The position numbers and the translations under genes are program-made. Positions 21,174 through 30,528 of a DNA stretch of 60,689 bases are shown piece after piece (within the stretch, counting starts at the first letter, position 1; each line of letters opens with the position of its first letter). The DNA is taken from contig PLMS01000051.1 in NCBI GenBank assembly GCA_003142575.1, forward strand, positions 560 to 61,248. The letters are read 5' to 3'. Source of the DNA: Ignavibacteriota bacterium (GTDB lineage: Bacteria; Bacteroidota; Ignavibacteria; UBA10030). The notes beneath the pieces are model-generated. The model ran no database searches. It saw nothing but the letters and a program-made list of their open reading frames with translations, and was not told the origin of the DNA.

Positions 21174-21773
21174 ATGTCACCTCACTTATATGAAGATAAT
21201 GATTTTTTAACGAACGCGTTTAATACCATCCCTTTCCCAATATTAGTGGTGGACGATGATATGCGCATCCTATTCTGGAATTCTTCTGCACTTCGCTTGC
21301 TTAGGAGCGATGTAGTGTTCCAACAGCGGGGCGGAGAAGCACTTTATTGTATTTATTCCGGGAATACGGAGGAAGGGTGCGGACACAGTCTTCAGTGCAA
21401 AACCTGTGTTCTATGGAATTCAGTAATCGAGGCGAGCCGCGGTGAAAAAGTCTATCGTAAAAAGACCATTATGCAGCGCAAAATCGGTGAGAAAGTCACC
21501 GACGTACCACTTCTGGTAACAACCTCTCCCTTCACATACGAAAATAGGTCGCTGACATTGCTCATTTTAGAAGATATTCATGAATTAATGGAGCTTGGAA
21601 GTCTACTACCTATTTGTGCAAATTGTAAAAAAATTAGATCGAGCACCAACCAGTGGGAGCAAATTGAGGTATATATCAAAGACCACATTGTGGATGTGGA
21701 TTTTACGCACGGACTATGTCCAGATTGCATGACAAAATTATATCCCGAAATCGCGAAAATGTCAAAAGAGTAA
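21174..21773 (+). CDS. PAS-domain protein with Cys-rich C-terminal module
   Basis: PAS (IPFPILVVD...FWN..A...ILEDI), internal C-x8-GCG-x3-C-x2-C, tail LPICANCKKIR...THGLCPDC. Confidence 0.8.
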   Translation: MSPHLYEDNDFLTNAFNTIPFPILVVDDDMRILFWNSSALRLLRSDVVFQQRGGEALYCIYSGNTEEGCGHSLQCKTCVLWNSVIEASRGEKVYRKKTIMQRKIGEKVTDVPLLVTTSPFTYENRSLTLLILEDIHELMELGSLLPICANCKKIRSSTNQWEQIEVYIKDHIVDVDFTHGLCPDCMTKLYPEIAKMSKE

Positions 21774-21843
21774 TTATTCAACAGATGCACAATTCAAAAA
21801 GAGAGAACGGGTTAGAGAAACCACTGAACCAAGGCTTCCAAAT

Positions 21844-23007
21844 ATGAAGAAACTTCTCGTGTTCTTGCTTGTTCTTTTTCCTCAGACAATTTTTTCTCAA
21901 AGTGTAAAAGACTCGGCGTATCAGACAAATGTTGTTCGCGATAACCTTCCGTCTTTCTATACTGTCCTTGCAGAACGTCTTACGTTTCCGCTTTCATGGT
22001 CATCGGGAAATTTCAATGATTTCAATACATGGCGAACAACAGCGCGCGCCAAGGTGATGGAATGTTTATTGAAACTTCCGCTGTCTGTTCCGTTTCATCC
22101 GGTTGTGGTGGCAGAGCAAGATCGGGGAAGTTACGTTGCACGAAAAATTATCTTTAACATTACAGCTGACAGCCGCATCCTCGGTTATCTTCTTGTGCCA
22201 AAAGGAAAAGGACCATTTCCTGCGGTTTTGCTCCTGCATGATCATGGTTCAAAGTTTGATATCGGCAAAGAAAAAGTTGTTGAACCATTCGGGGTTTTGC
22301 CCGAACAAATAAAATCAGCACGCGAATGGTCAGACAAGTTATACGGCGGTAGATTTATAGGAGATGAATTAGCGAAACGTGGTTACGTCTGTTTTGCCAC
22401 AGATGCTCTGAACTGGTCTGACCGGGGTGGAGCCAGTCACGATGGCCAGCAAGCACTCGCCTCTAATTTGTTGAATCTTGGAATATCTTTTGCCGGTCTG
22501 ATCGCGTGGGAAGATATGTATGCGGCAGAATTTCTTGCAACCAGACCAGAAATCGATTCTACTAGAATCGTTGCAATGGGTGTGTCGATGGGTTCTTTCC
22601 GTGCATGGCAAGTTGCGGCGTTGTCAGATAGGATTGCCGGTGGTGTTGCAGTCTGCTGGATGGCAACACGAAAAGGTTTGTTAGTACCTGGCGGCAATCT
22701 CACGCACGGTCAATCATCATTCACAACAACACACCCCAATCTCGCCAACTATCTCGACTATCCCGATGTGGCAAGTCTTGCTTGTCCTAAACCGATGCTC
22801 TTTTATAATGGTAGTCAGGATAAATTGTTTCCTGCGTTTAGCGTTGAGGAGGCATTTTCGAAAATGCACAATGTATGGAATTCACAGCATGCTGACAACA
22901 ATCTCGTTACAAAATTATGGGATGCAGGACATGTGTTCAACATGGAAATGCAGAATGAGGCATTTGAATGGTTAGACCAACATTTCCTTTCTTCCACAAA
23001 AAAATAA
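21844..23007 (+). CDS. Alpha/beta hydrolase (dienelactone hydrolase / Abhydrolase_7-like)
   Basis: LLHDHG..FDIGKEK, GVSMG nucleophile, D.LF, GH.F; signal peptide. Confidence 0.87.
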   Translation: MKKLLVFLLVLFPQTIFSQSVKDSAYQTNVVRDNLPSFYTVLAERLTFPLSWSSGNFNDFNTWRTTARAKVMECLLKLPLSVPFHPVVVAEQDRGSYVARKIIFNITADSRILGYLLVPKGKGPFPAVLLLHDHGSKFDIGKEKVVEPFGVLPEQIKSAREWSDKLYGGRFIGDELAKRGYVCFATDALNWSDRGGASHDGQQALASNLLNLGISFAGLIAWEDMYAAEFLATRPEIDSTRIVAMGVSMGSFRAWQVAALSDRIAGGVAVCWMATRKGLLVPGGNLTHGQSSFTTTHPNLANYLDYPDVASLACPKPMLFYNGSQDKLFPAFSVEEAFSKMHNVWNSQHADNNLVTKLWDAGHVFNMEMQNEAFEWLDQHFLSSTKK

Positions 23008-23025
23008 TTACTACGGTATCTCAAT

Positions 23026-23535
23026 ATGAAACATCGCGTTACAGGAAAACAACAGAACAGCAAAATGTGCTTTCTCTGCGGTCTAAAAAATTCGTTCGGA
23101 CTCAAGGGAGAATTTTTTGAATTAGAGAACAATGAACTTGTATGCATATTCAAACCATCGAATGAACACCAAAGTTATCCCGGCCGTCTGCATGGCGGCA
23201 TTACTACTGCAGTGCTTGATGAAACAATCGGCCGCGCGATTATGATGAAGAATAAAAATGAAGAAGTGTGGGGAGTTACGGTTGAATTTACGACCCGGTT
23301 CAAAAAACAAATTCCATTGAACGAAGAACTCAGGGTCGTGGGACGCATTACGAACGAAACCAGCCGCACATTCGAAGGAACAGGCGAGCTTCTTTTACCA
23401 AACGGCGAAGTGGCGGCAACAGGTTTAGGCAAGTACTTGCGCATGCCGTTAACCAAAATTGCAGATTTTGATCCTCTGGAACAAGAGTGGAAAGTCGTGA
23501 AATCAGCCAAAGATCCGGAAACGATTGATATATAA
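23026..23535 (+). CDS. PaaI family thioesterase
   Basis: CF.CG..N..GL, HQSYPG.LHGG...VLDE hot-dog motif. Confidence 0.92.
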   Translation: MKHRVTGKQQNSKMCFLCGLKNSFGLKGEFFELENNELVCIFKPSNEHQSYPGRLHGGITTAVLDETIGRAIMMKNKNEEVWGVTVEFTTRFKKQIPLNEELRVVGRITNETSRTFEGTGELLLPNGEVAATGLGKYLRMPLTKIADFDPLEQEWKVVKSAKDPETIDI

Positions 23536-23638
23536 GTTCTTGAACGGAATGTTCTTTTTTACCAGAAAACGAAGGTGATTGAAGTTCCCGGAACGAATTT
23601 AGGAGGTATGACGTTTATATAGTTGTATCATAGAGAGT

Positions 23639-24022
23639 ATGAAAAAGACAACAACTATATTCTTTCTTTTCATTTATTTTATTCTCACAGTAGGAATGAC
23701 TGTTTCAACACATTTCTGCGGCGGAAAGATTACTTCTGTACAAGTGCTACCCTTCATTCCCAAGGAAGATGCCTGCGGCTGTGATGATGCAACGACTCCC
23801 GGTGATTGCTGCAAGACAGAAATCAAAACCGTTCAACTGAACGATGAACAAATTGCCGTGCACGTAAACCAACCATCTTCACCGCAAACCGCAGTAACCC
23901 TGTGGGCCGAGACCTCAACCGAAATAGTGTTATCTTCTCATGCGGTTCGTGAGGTTGTTCCGGCAAGCTCTCCCCCTGATTCTCCTCCACTCTATATTCT
24001 TCATAGCGTGTTCCTCATTTAA
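23639..24022 (+). CDS. HYC_CC_PP family protein
   Basis: N-terminal hydrophobic helix, HFCGG, C.C...CC, terminal SPP..PPLY.LHSVFLI. Confidence 0.8.
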   Translation: MKKTTTIFFLFIYFILTVGMTVSTHFCGGKITSVQVLPFIPKEDACGCDDATTPGDCCKTEIKTVQLNDEQIAVHVNQPSSPQTAVTLWAETSTEIVLSSHAVREVVPASSPPDSPPLYILHSVFLI

Positions 24023-24115
24023 GAAGTGTGTGGTACAGTAATAAACGCAGAATGGTTTCAGCCATCCTGCTGTTTCACTTTATCCATACACGTTCTATTA
24101 TAGTTGAGGAAAGCC

Positions 24116-24463
24116 ATGAAAACCACAGTCATTTTATTCACACTGATCATTTCACTTTCATCGTTCCTATTTGCGCAGGAAAACATAGTCAAAGAAGCAG
24201 AGTTCAAAGTCTTTGGCAATTGCGCTTCTTGCAAAAGCCGCATTGAAAAATCGTTGAAGATTAAAGAAGTAAAATCTGCACGGTGGAACAAACAAACCAA
24301 GATGTTATCAGTCGCATATATCTCCCCGGCGATTACTCTTGATTCTCTCCAGCAGCGCATTGCCGCCGTCGGTCATGATACCGAAAAATATAAAGCAGCC
24401 GACTCGGTGTATGCGGAGCTTCCTTCCTGCTGTTTGTATCGCGACGTGGAGAAGTCTCACTAA
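24116..24463 (+). CDS. Exported heavy-metal-associated (HMA) domain protein
   Basis: Signal peptide, VFGNCASCK.RIE, GHDTE, Y..LP.CC.Y tail. Confidence 0.88.
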   Translation: MKTTVILFTLIISLSSFLFAQENIVKEAEFKVFGNCASCKSRIEKSLKIKEVKSARWNKQTKMLSVAYISPAITLDSLQQRIAAVGHDTEKYKAADSVYAELPSCCLYRDVEKSH

Positions 24464-24498
24464 CTTATCATTTAATCACAAAAAATAAGAGGTGAGCG

Positions 24499-26733
24499 AT
24501 GAAAGCATTTTTTGCATTCATTCTTCTCGTTCTGACGGTTTCCACTGGTTCTGCACAAGACAAGCTGAAGGGATATGTCGGAGAGAAGGATGAACAAGGA
24601 AACGAACATCCGTTGGTTGCTGTCTCTGCGTACTGGCTGGGCACTACCCGCGGTGAAACAACCGATTCAAACGGTTTCTTCAGCATTCCGTTTGTGAAAG
24701 AATCGAAAACGTTGGTAGTCCGCTGTCTCGGGTATCATCCTGATACGGTGGCCATCACCAACCAGCATTCCATTCGCATTTTCATGAAATCTGAAGCGCA
24801 AACTGTTGGCGACGTGAATGTGGTTGGCGAGCGGCAAGCTTCGTACCTCGAGTACGCGAATCCGTTTAAGAAAACAGTGATGACGGAAAAAGAACTGTTC
24901 AAAGCGGCGTGCTGTAATCTTTCGGAAAGTTTTCAGACCAATCCTTCGATTGATATTTCGTTCACCGACGCGATTACAGGAACAAAGCAGATTGAGATGC
25001 TGGGACTTTCCGGCATCTATACGCAAATGACAATGGAGAATATGCCCTATATACGCGGGTTGACCTCCAATGTCGGGTTGACATTTATTCCGGGAACCTG
25101 GATCGAAGCTATCAATGTCTCGAAAGGAATTGGTTCAGTTGCCAATGGGTATGAATCCATCACCGGACAGATTGATGTAGACCTGCGCAAGCCGGAGAAG
25201 GAAGACGAGAAGCAATTCTTCCTGAATCTCTACGGCAATCAAGATCAGCGGATGGAGGTAAACCTGAATATGCGGGAACGCTTGAGCAATAATTTGTCGT
25301 CGATGACGCTTCTTCATATTAGTTCACAACGGCATCAGGTTGATGAGAATGGCGATGGTTTTCTCGATATGCCGCTGTTTACTACCATCAATGCACTGCA
25401 GCGTTGGAAAATCATCATGTCTAATGGTTGGATGAGCCAGTTGAGTCTTCAGTATGTGAATGATAGTAAAGATGGCGGAACGTACGACCGAGAGCTCCCA
25501 TTTGCTTATGAGTATGGAATGAAAAGTATTCTGCTTCGCCTTAATGGCAAAACCGGATATGTGTTTCAAAACGAACATGGCCAGAGTATAGGCATACAAT
25601 GGTCGCTCAGCCGGTACAGCAATGCGGCACATTTTGGGTCGCAGCTGTATGATGGAAATGAAGAGACGGGATATCTCAACGTCCTCTATCAGGCAAAGCT
25701 GGACGGTGAGGTGCAGACATTTCGAACGGGAATAAGTTTCTTGTTCGATCAATATGATGAACACTACGATAATCTTCCTTACGACCGTATTGAGCGAGTG
25801 CCCGGTGCGTTCTTTGAATATACATTTTCACCCAACGAACGACTTTCACTTGTTGCCGGCATCCGCGCCGATGAGCATAATGAATACGGCACGATGATCA
25901 CACCACGCCTCCACATTCGGTATACACCGCAGGAAGATTGGGTGCTGCGGCTTGCAGCGGGACGAGGCTATAGAACTGCGAACATTTTTGCAGAGAACTC
26001 AACGGTGTTTGCCAGTTCACGCGCGGTTTCAATTGTTCCATCGAACTCTTTTGGGTACGGATTGAAACAAGAAATTGCATGGAATTACGGCTTCAATCTG
26101 ACGCATTATTTCACCTTCGATTATCGCGAAGCAACACTGTTGATTGATCTCTACAGAACCGATTTCGAGCAGGTCGTCCTTGCCGATCTTGATTCCAATC
26201 CGCATCAAGTGCGGTTCTATTCAGTTCCGAATGGTTCGTATTCTAATAGTGTACAAACGGAGCTGAACATTCAGCCATTGGAGCGATTGGATGTACGCAT
26301 TGCCTATCGGTATTTGGATGTGATGCAAAACCTGGGCGGCGTATGGCGCGAACGTCCGCTGACGGCACAGCATCGGGCATTGGCAACAGTGTCTTACGCA
26401 ACGGAACGCGATCAACCGGATGACCCGCAGACGTCGTTTGATGTGACGGGGCAATGGTTCGGAAAGAAAAGAATTCCTGAAACTTTATTGAATCCGGATA
26501 GTTTACGTGCGCTCGCGTACTCACCAGACTTCTTTACCATGAACCTTCAAGTGACGCAGACATTTATAAAAGGCATCGATGTATATGTTGGCATTGAGAA
26601 TCTGTTTGATTTCAGACAGGCCAATCCAATTCTTGATGGCGTAAATCCTCAAGGACATTTCTTTGATGCATCGTTAATCTGGGGACCTGTGACCGGCAGG
26701 ATGGTGTATGCTGGCTTGAGGTTGCGTGTTTAG
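24499..26733 (+). CDS. TonB-dependent receptor with Cys-containing plug
   Basis: Carboxypeptidase-like N-domain, KAACCNLSESF plug, KG.GSV.NGYESITGQI, terminal GR..Y.GLR. Confidence 0.93.
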   Translation: MKAFFAFILLVLTVSTGSAQDKLKGYVGEKDEQGNEHPLVAVSAYWLGTTRGETTDSNGFFSIPFVKESKTLVVRCLGYHPDTVAITNQHSIRIFMKSEAQTVGDVNVVGERQASYLEYANPFKKTVMTEKELFKAACCNLSESFQTNPSIDISFTDAITGTKQIEMLGLSGIYTQMTMENMPYIRGLTSNVGLTFIPGTWIEAINVSKGIGSVANGYESITGQIDVDLRKPEKEDEKQFFLNLYGNQDQRMEVNLNMRERLSNNLSSMTLLHISSQRHQVDENGDGFLDMPLFTTINALQRWKIIMSNGWMSQLSLQYVNDSKDGGTYDRELPFAYEYGMKSILLRLNGKTGYVFQNEHGQSIGIQWSLSRYSNAAHFGSQLYDGNEETGYLNVLYQAKLDGEVQTFRTGISFLFDQYDEHYDNLPYDRIERVPGAFFEYTFSPNERLSLVAGIRADEHNEYGTMITPRLHIRYTPQEDWVLRLAAGRGYRTANIFAENSTVFASSRAVSIVPSNSFGYGLKQEIAWNYGFNLTHYFTFDYREATLLIDLYRTDFEQVVLADLDSNPHQVRFYSVPNGSYSNSVQTELNIQPLERLDVRIAYRYLDVMQNLGGVWRERPLTAQHRALATVSYATERDQPDDPQTSFDVTGQWFGKKRIPETLLNPDSLRALAYSPDFFTMNLQVTQTFIKGIDVYVGIENLFDFRQANPILDGVNPQGHFFDASLIWGPVTGRMVYAGLRLRV

Positions 26734-26759
26734 ATAGTGCGATTGGATATTCTCTTATT

Positions 26760-26789
26760 ATCCCGCTTGGATTCAATCTCAAGCGGGAT
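26760..26789. terminator. Hairpin between convergent genes
   Basis: atcccgcttg / caagcgggat 10-bp stem. Confidence 0.7.
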
Positions 26790-26815
26790 GCTATATTTAT
26801 CGACGGATTAAAATT

Positions 26816-27490
26816 TCAACGAGCAGAATCTGCAATCTTTTGAATCTCCTTTGAATCAAAAATATTCACGTCTTTCAGATTCTTCTGAGCGATTTGCACC
26901 ATTGCTTTTGCAACGTCGCGTGCTTGAATGGCGCGGTATTTTCTTAACGGCCCTGTCAATGCATATTTCAATCCGGACATAATGAATGCACCTGTTTTTT
27001 CTCCGGTTCTGTGCTCCGTGCGTTCTCCCAGAAGAAGTGAAGGGCGAAATATATTAATCGTCGTGAAAGAAATTTTCCTGATTGCTTCTTCCACTTCTCC
27101 TTTAACACGATTGTAAAAAATGCGCGAATGCGGATCGGCGCCCAGGGAACTGACGATCAAAAACTGATTTGCTCCGCAGTGCTGTGAAAGCGCGGCAATC
27201 TTGATAGGATAATCGAAGTCTACCTTTCGGAATGCTTCCTGTGTTCCTGCTTTCTTGATCGTTGTTCCAAGACAACAGTACACATCGTCGGCTGTGAGAC
27301 ATTCACCCAGAGTCTCCAATTCGCTGAAGTCAACAACATGCTGGATCAATTTATCATGCGTTATCGATAAAGGTCTGCGCACGAGTACAACAACGCTTGT
27401 ATACGATGATTCCTCCAATAAAAATTGCAGGCAATGTCCGCCGACAAGTCCGCTTGCTCCGACAAGTAACGCTGATTTAGTTTCGGTCAT
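26816..27490 (-). CDS. NAD(P)-binding oxidoreductase (YraR/TIP30-like)
   Basis: GASGLVG, CLGTTIKKAG, VSSLGAD..S..FY.RVKG, RPSLLLG.R. Confidence 0.9.
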   Translation of the reverse strand: MTETKSALLVGASGLVGGHCLQFLLEESSYTSVVVLVRRPLSITHDKLIQHVVDFSELETLGECLTADDVYCCLGTTIKKAGTQEAFRKVDFDYPIKIAALSQHCGANQFLIVSSLGADPHSRIFYNRVKGEVEEAIRKISFTTINIFRPSLLLGERTEHRTGEKTGAFIMSGLKYALTGPLRKYRAIQARDVAKAMVQIAQKNLKDVNIFDSKEIQKIADSAR

Positions 27491-27494
27491 GGTT

Positions 27495-28568
27495 CTATTG
27501 TTTCTCCCGATCGCGAAATTTATCGTTTATTTGCTTTACAATCTTTTTCTCGCGGTCTTTTCTTTGCTGCTGTAAGTTTTTATCATGACTTGTTGTTTGA
27601 ACGTGACTTTCGCGCTGCAGTTTTTGGAAACCTTCATAACGTCCCGGATCCAGCGAGCCATCTTCGAGAGCTTGTTTCACTGCACAGTTTGGCTCAGCTT
27701 CATGTTTGCAATCGCGGAAACGGCAATGTACCGCTAATTCTTCGATGTCATCAAAACTATCTTGCACACCTTCTTCGCCGCTCCAAAGTTGGAGTTCACG
27801 TAAACCCGGGGTGTCGATAATAATACCGCCATTGGGAAGAACCAACAATTCACGATGAGGTGTCGTATGGCGTCCATGGCTATCGGTCTCACGAACACTT
27901 TGCACTTGTGAATGTTCTTTGCCAAGCAATTGGTTGGTGATGGTAGACTTACCAACTCCGGAAGAGCCAAGCAATACACCTGTTATTCCCGGTGTGAGAA
28001 GTGAGCGAATGGGCGCAACATCTTCAGCGCGCAGTGCACTCATCACGACAACATTGACACCGTGTGCAATGGTAAGAACTTCCTTCGTGCATTCTTCGAG
28101 ATGCGAACAAAGATCGGATTTGTTGAGAACAATCACGGATCGCACTTCGCTTTCCTGCACAGCTGTTAAGTATCGCTCCAACCGCCGCAGATTATAATTG
28201 CCATCCAAACCCATGACCAGAAATACGATATCGATATTGGCAGCGAGAACCTGCTCTTCGGGACGATCTCCGGCAACTTTGCGGGAAAATTTGCTCCTGC
28301 GTTCCAGCACATGATGAATTACAGCAGACTGATCGCCTGAATCGATTTCAAAGACAACCCAATCACCAACGGCAGGAAAGTTATGAAGGCCTTTTACTTC
28401 GAATCGAAACTTACCGCTTACTTTTCCATTGACCTCGCCTTTTTCACTCAACACTATATAGCGGTCTTTGTGTTGGATGGATATTCGGCCGGGCAGCAGC
28501 CCTTTCCCCGAGTACGGAGTGAAGCACGCCTCAAAAAAATTATTCCATCCGAGTGTTTCTAATTTCAT
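27495..28568 (-). CDS. rsgA: Ribosome small subunit-dependent GTPase A
   Basis: VGDWV OB fold, NKSD, GSSGVGKS, GRHTT, DTPG, C.F.DC.H..EP.C zinc finger. Confidence 0.96.
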   Translation of the reverse strand: MKLETLGWNNFFEACFTPYSGKGLLPGRISIQHKDRYIVLSEKGEVNGKVSGKFRFEVKGLHNFPAVGDWVVFEIDSGDQSAVIHHVLERRSKFSRKVAGDRPEEQVLAANIDIVFLVMGLDGNYNLRRLERYLTAVQESEVRSVIVLNKSDLCSHLEECTKEVLTIAHGVNVVVMSALRAEDVAPIRSLLTPGITGVLLGSSGVGKSTITNQLLGKEHSQVQSVRETDSHGRHTTPHRELLVLPNGGIIIDTPGLRELQLWSGEEGVQDSFDDIEELAVHCRFRDCKHEAEPNCAVKQALEDGSLDPGRYEGFQKLQRESHVQTTSHDKNLQQQRKDREKKIVKQINDKFRDREKQ

Positions 28569-28789
28569 ATATGAAAAATAATTATACTGATCTCAATTCC
28601 TCATTTATATAGTTTTATTACCATCAATGTACGACAGTTTCGCAGAAAGACAAAGACTGCGAGAGCGGGGGATGCTTGCTTTCCCGCAGGAAAACCGATA
28701 CATTTTCCCATCTACCACCTCAATATAAACAGAGTGTCGCGTAGTTCCGTTTACGGTATTCAAGACGATGTTCTCGATGGAGATTTCCT

Positions 28790-30364
28790 TTGGATGTACT
28801 CATAAGCAATTTGCGAATACCCATTGAAGAAGACGGGATCACGGCTTATCTCAACGCCGCTTCGAAAAGTCTCAACATCAACCAAAACAATTTGACATTC
28901 AAAAAAATCGTAAGCAAATCGCTAGATACGAGCAACACAGAACAATTCTATTATGAAGTATCCATCGTTGTCAGTACTGGTGACCGCTTTGACAATAAAG
29001 ACAACTTTCTAATCTACAGTGAAGCAATAAAGACACCCGGAAAATCCATAACGCGAAAGGAGAGACCGATCATCATTGGGTTCGGTCCTGCCGGAATGTT
29101 TGCGGCTCTTGAGCTTCTGGAGTCTGGACTTCAGCCCCTCATATTTGAACGAGGGAAAAAGATAGAAGAGCGCACGATCGATGTGCAGCGATTTATTCGT
29201 GAACGGGTGCTCGACCCGGAATCCAATATACAATTTGGTGAAGGAGGCGCCGGTTCCTATTCGGACGGAAAACTGTTTTCGAGAATGAATAATTCCGAAT
29301 ACGTCAGTAAGGTGCTGGATACATTTATCAAATTCGGTGCGCCAGAAGAACTCGGCTACGTCAACAAACCCCACATAGGGACGGATGTGCTGTGCAGAAT
29401 AGTAAAAAACATCAGGAACTACATTCTTGAACGAGGCGGCGAGATTCACTACAACTCAAAGATGACGGATATGCTCATCGAAGGCGGAAAGGCTTTCGGT
29501 GTCGTCATAAACGGAGAGAAGGAATATCGTTCTTCAATGATTTTTCTTGCCGTGGGACATTCTGCGCGTGATACATTTGAGATGATTCACAACAAGGGTA
29601 TTGCACTGGAACAGAAACCTATTTCTGTCGGTCTCAGAATAGAACATCCCGCTGAAACAATAAATCTTCTCAGATACGGCAAGAAGTATAAAAACTTTCC
29701 CGGTCTCGGGGCGGCGGCCTATTCTTTGAACTACACCAACCGGAAAATAAAAAGAGGTGTGTACACGTTCTGTATGTGTCCTGGAGGCGAGGTTGTCAAT
29801 GCTTCGTCCGAACAAGGGATGATGGTGCTCAACGGTATGAGCTACTCGCGCAGGTCGTCTGCATTTTCCAATTCAGCGTTGGTGGTCACCTGTCATACGA
29901 GTGATTATCCCTCGGCAAGTCCATTAGCAGGTATGGAATTCCAAAGAGAGATAGAGCGAAAGGTTTTTCATGCAGCAGGAGGAAGATGGGAAGTTCCTGC
30001 GCAGAATTTGCTGGATTTTTTAAATAGGACTATCTCGAAGGATTTAAATAATAATTCGTATACGATGGGTGCTGTTGCTGTTCCTCTGAGCGAACTCTTG
30101 CCGCTCTTTGTTTCAGATATGCTGGCCGCTGCATTTCATTCATGGAAAGAAGCGTATCCATTATTTGTTTCGGAGGAAGCGATCTTGTTAGGGGCAGAAA
30201 CAAGAACATCCTCCCCTGTAAAAATGAGACGCAGCGAGAACTACGAATCCGTTTCGGTAAAAAACCTGTACCCGATCGGTGAAGGTTCCGGCTATACAGG
30301 GGGCATAACAAGCTCAGCCGCAGATGCTATCAAAGCTGTGGAGCGCGCTCTGACAACATACTAG
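28790..30364 (+). CDS. FAD-dependent oxidoreductase (uncharacterised ~520 aa family)
   Basis: IGFGPAG, FGEGGAG.YSDGKL, PHIGTD, GHSARD, FCMCPGG, ETRTSSP, GEGSGY.GGI.SS. Confidence 0.9.
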   Translation: MDVLISNLRIPIEEDGITAYLNAASKSLNINQNNLTFKKIVSKSLDTSNTEQFYYEVSIVVSTGDRFDNKDNFLIYSEAIKTPGKSITRKERPIIIGFGPAGMFAALELLESGLQPLIFERGKKIEERTIDVQRFIRERVLDPESNIQFGEGGAGSYSDGKLFSRMNNSEYVSKVLDTFIKFGAPEELGYVNKPHIGTDVLCRIVKNIRNYILERGGEIHYNSKMTDMLIEGGKAFGVVINGEKEYRSSMIFLAVGHSARDTFEMIHNKGIALEQKPISVGLRIEHPAETINLLRYGKKYKNFPGLGAAAYSLNYTNRKIKRGVYTFCMCPGGEVVNASSEQGMMVLNGMSYSRRSSAFSNSALVVTCHTSDYPSASPLAGMEFQREIERKVFHAAGGRWEVPAQNLLDFLNRTISKDLNNNSYTMGAVAVPLSELLPLFVSDMLAAAFHSWKEAYPLFVSEEAILLGAETRTSSPVKMRRSENYESVSVKNLYPIGEGSGYTGGITSSAADAIKAVERALTTY

Positions 30365-30528
30365 TCGCTGATTCCCCAAACTATCTCTCTAAACCGATAT
30401 ATCTTATGTAGGACAACTAATCAAATGATTCATTATTTTGAGCATATTTAAGCATACTCTTGCAATCAGAGATGGCGCGCATTATCTTTAGAAGGCAACT
30501 GTTCCTATCATAGAAACACAAAGATGAA

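Noticed and set aside
28638-28690. Two adjacent hairpins between rsgA and the FAD oxidoreductase gene
   Set aside because: They overlap ordinary promoter-like elements (TTGCTT-17-TACATT); no riboswitch consensus.
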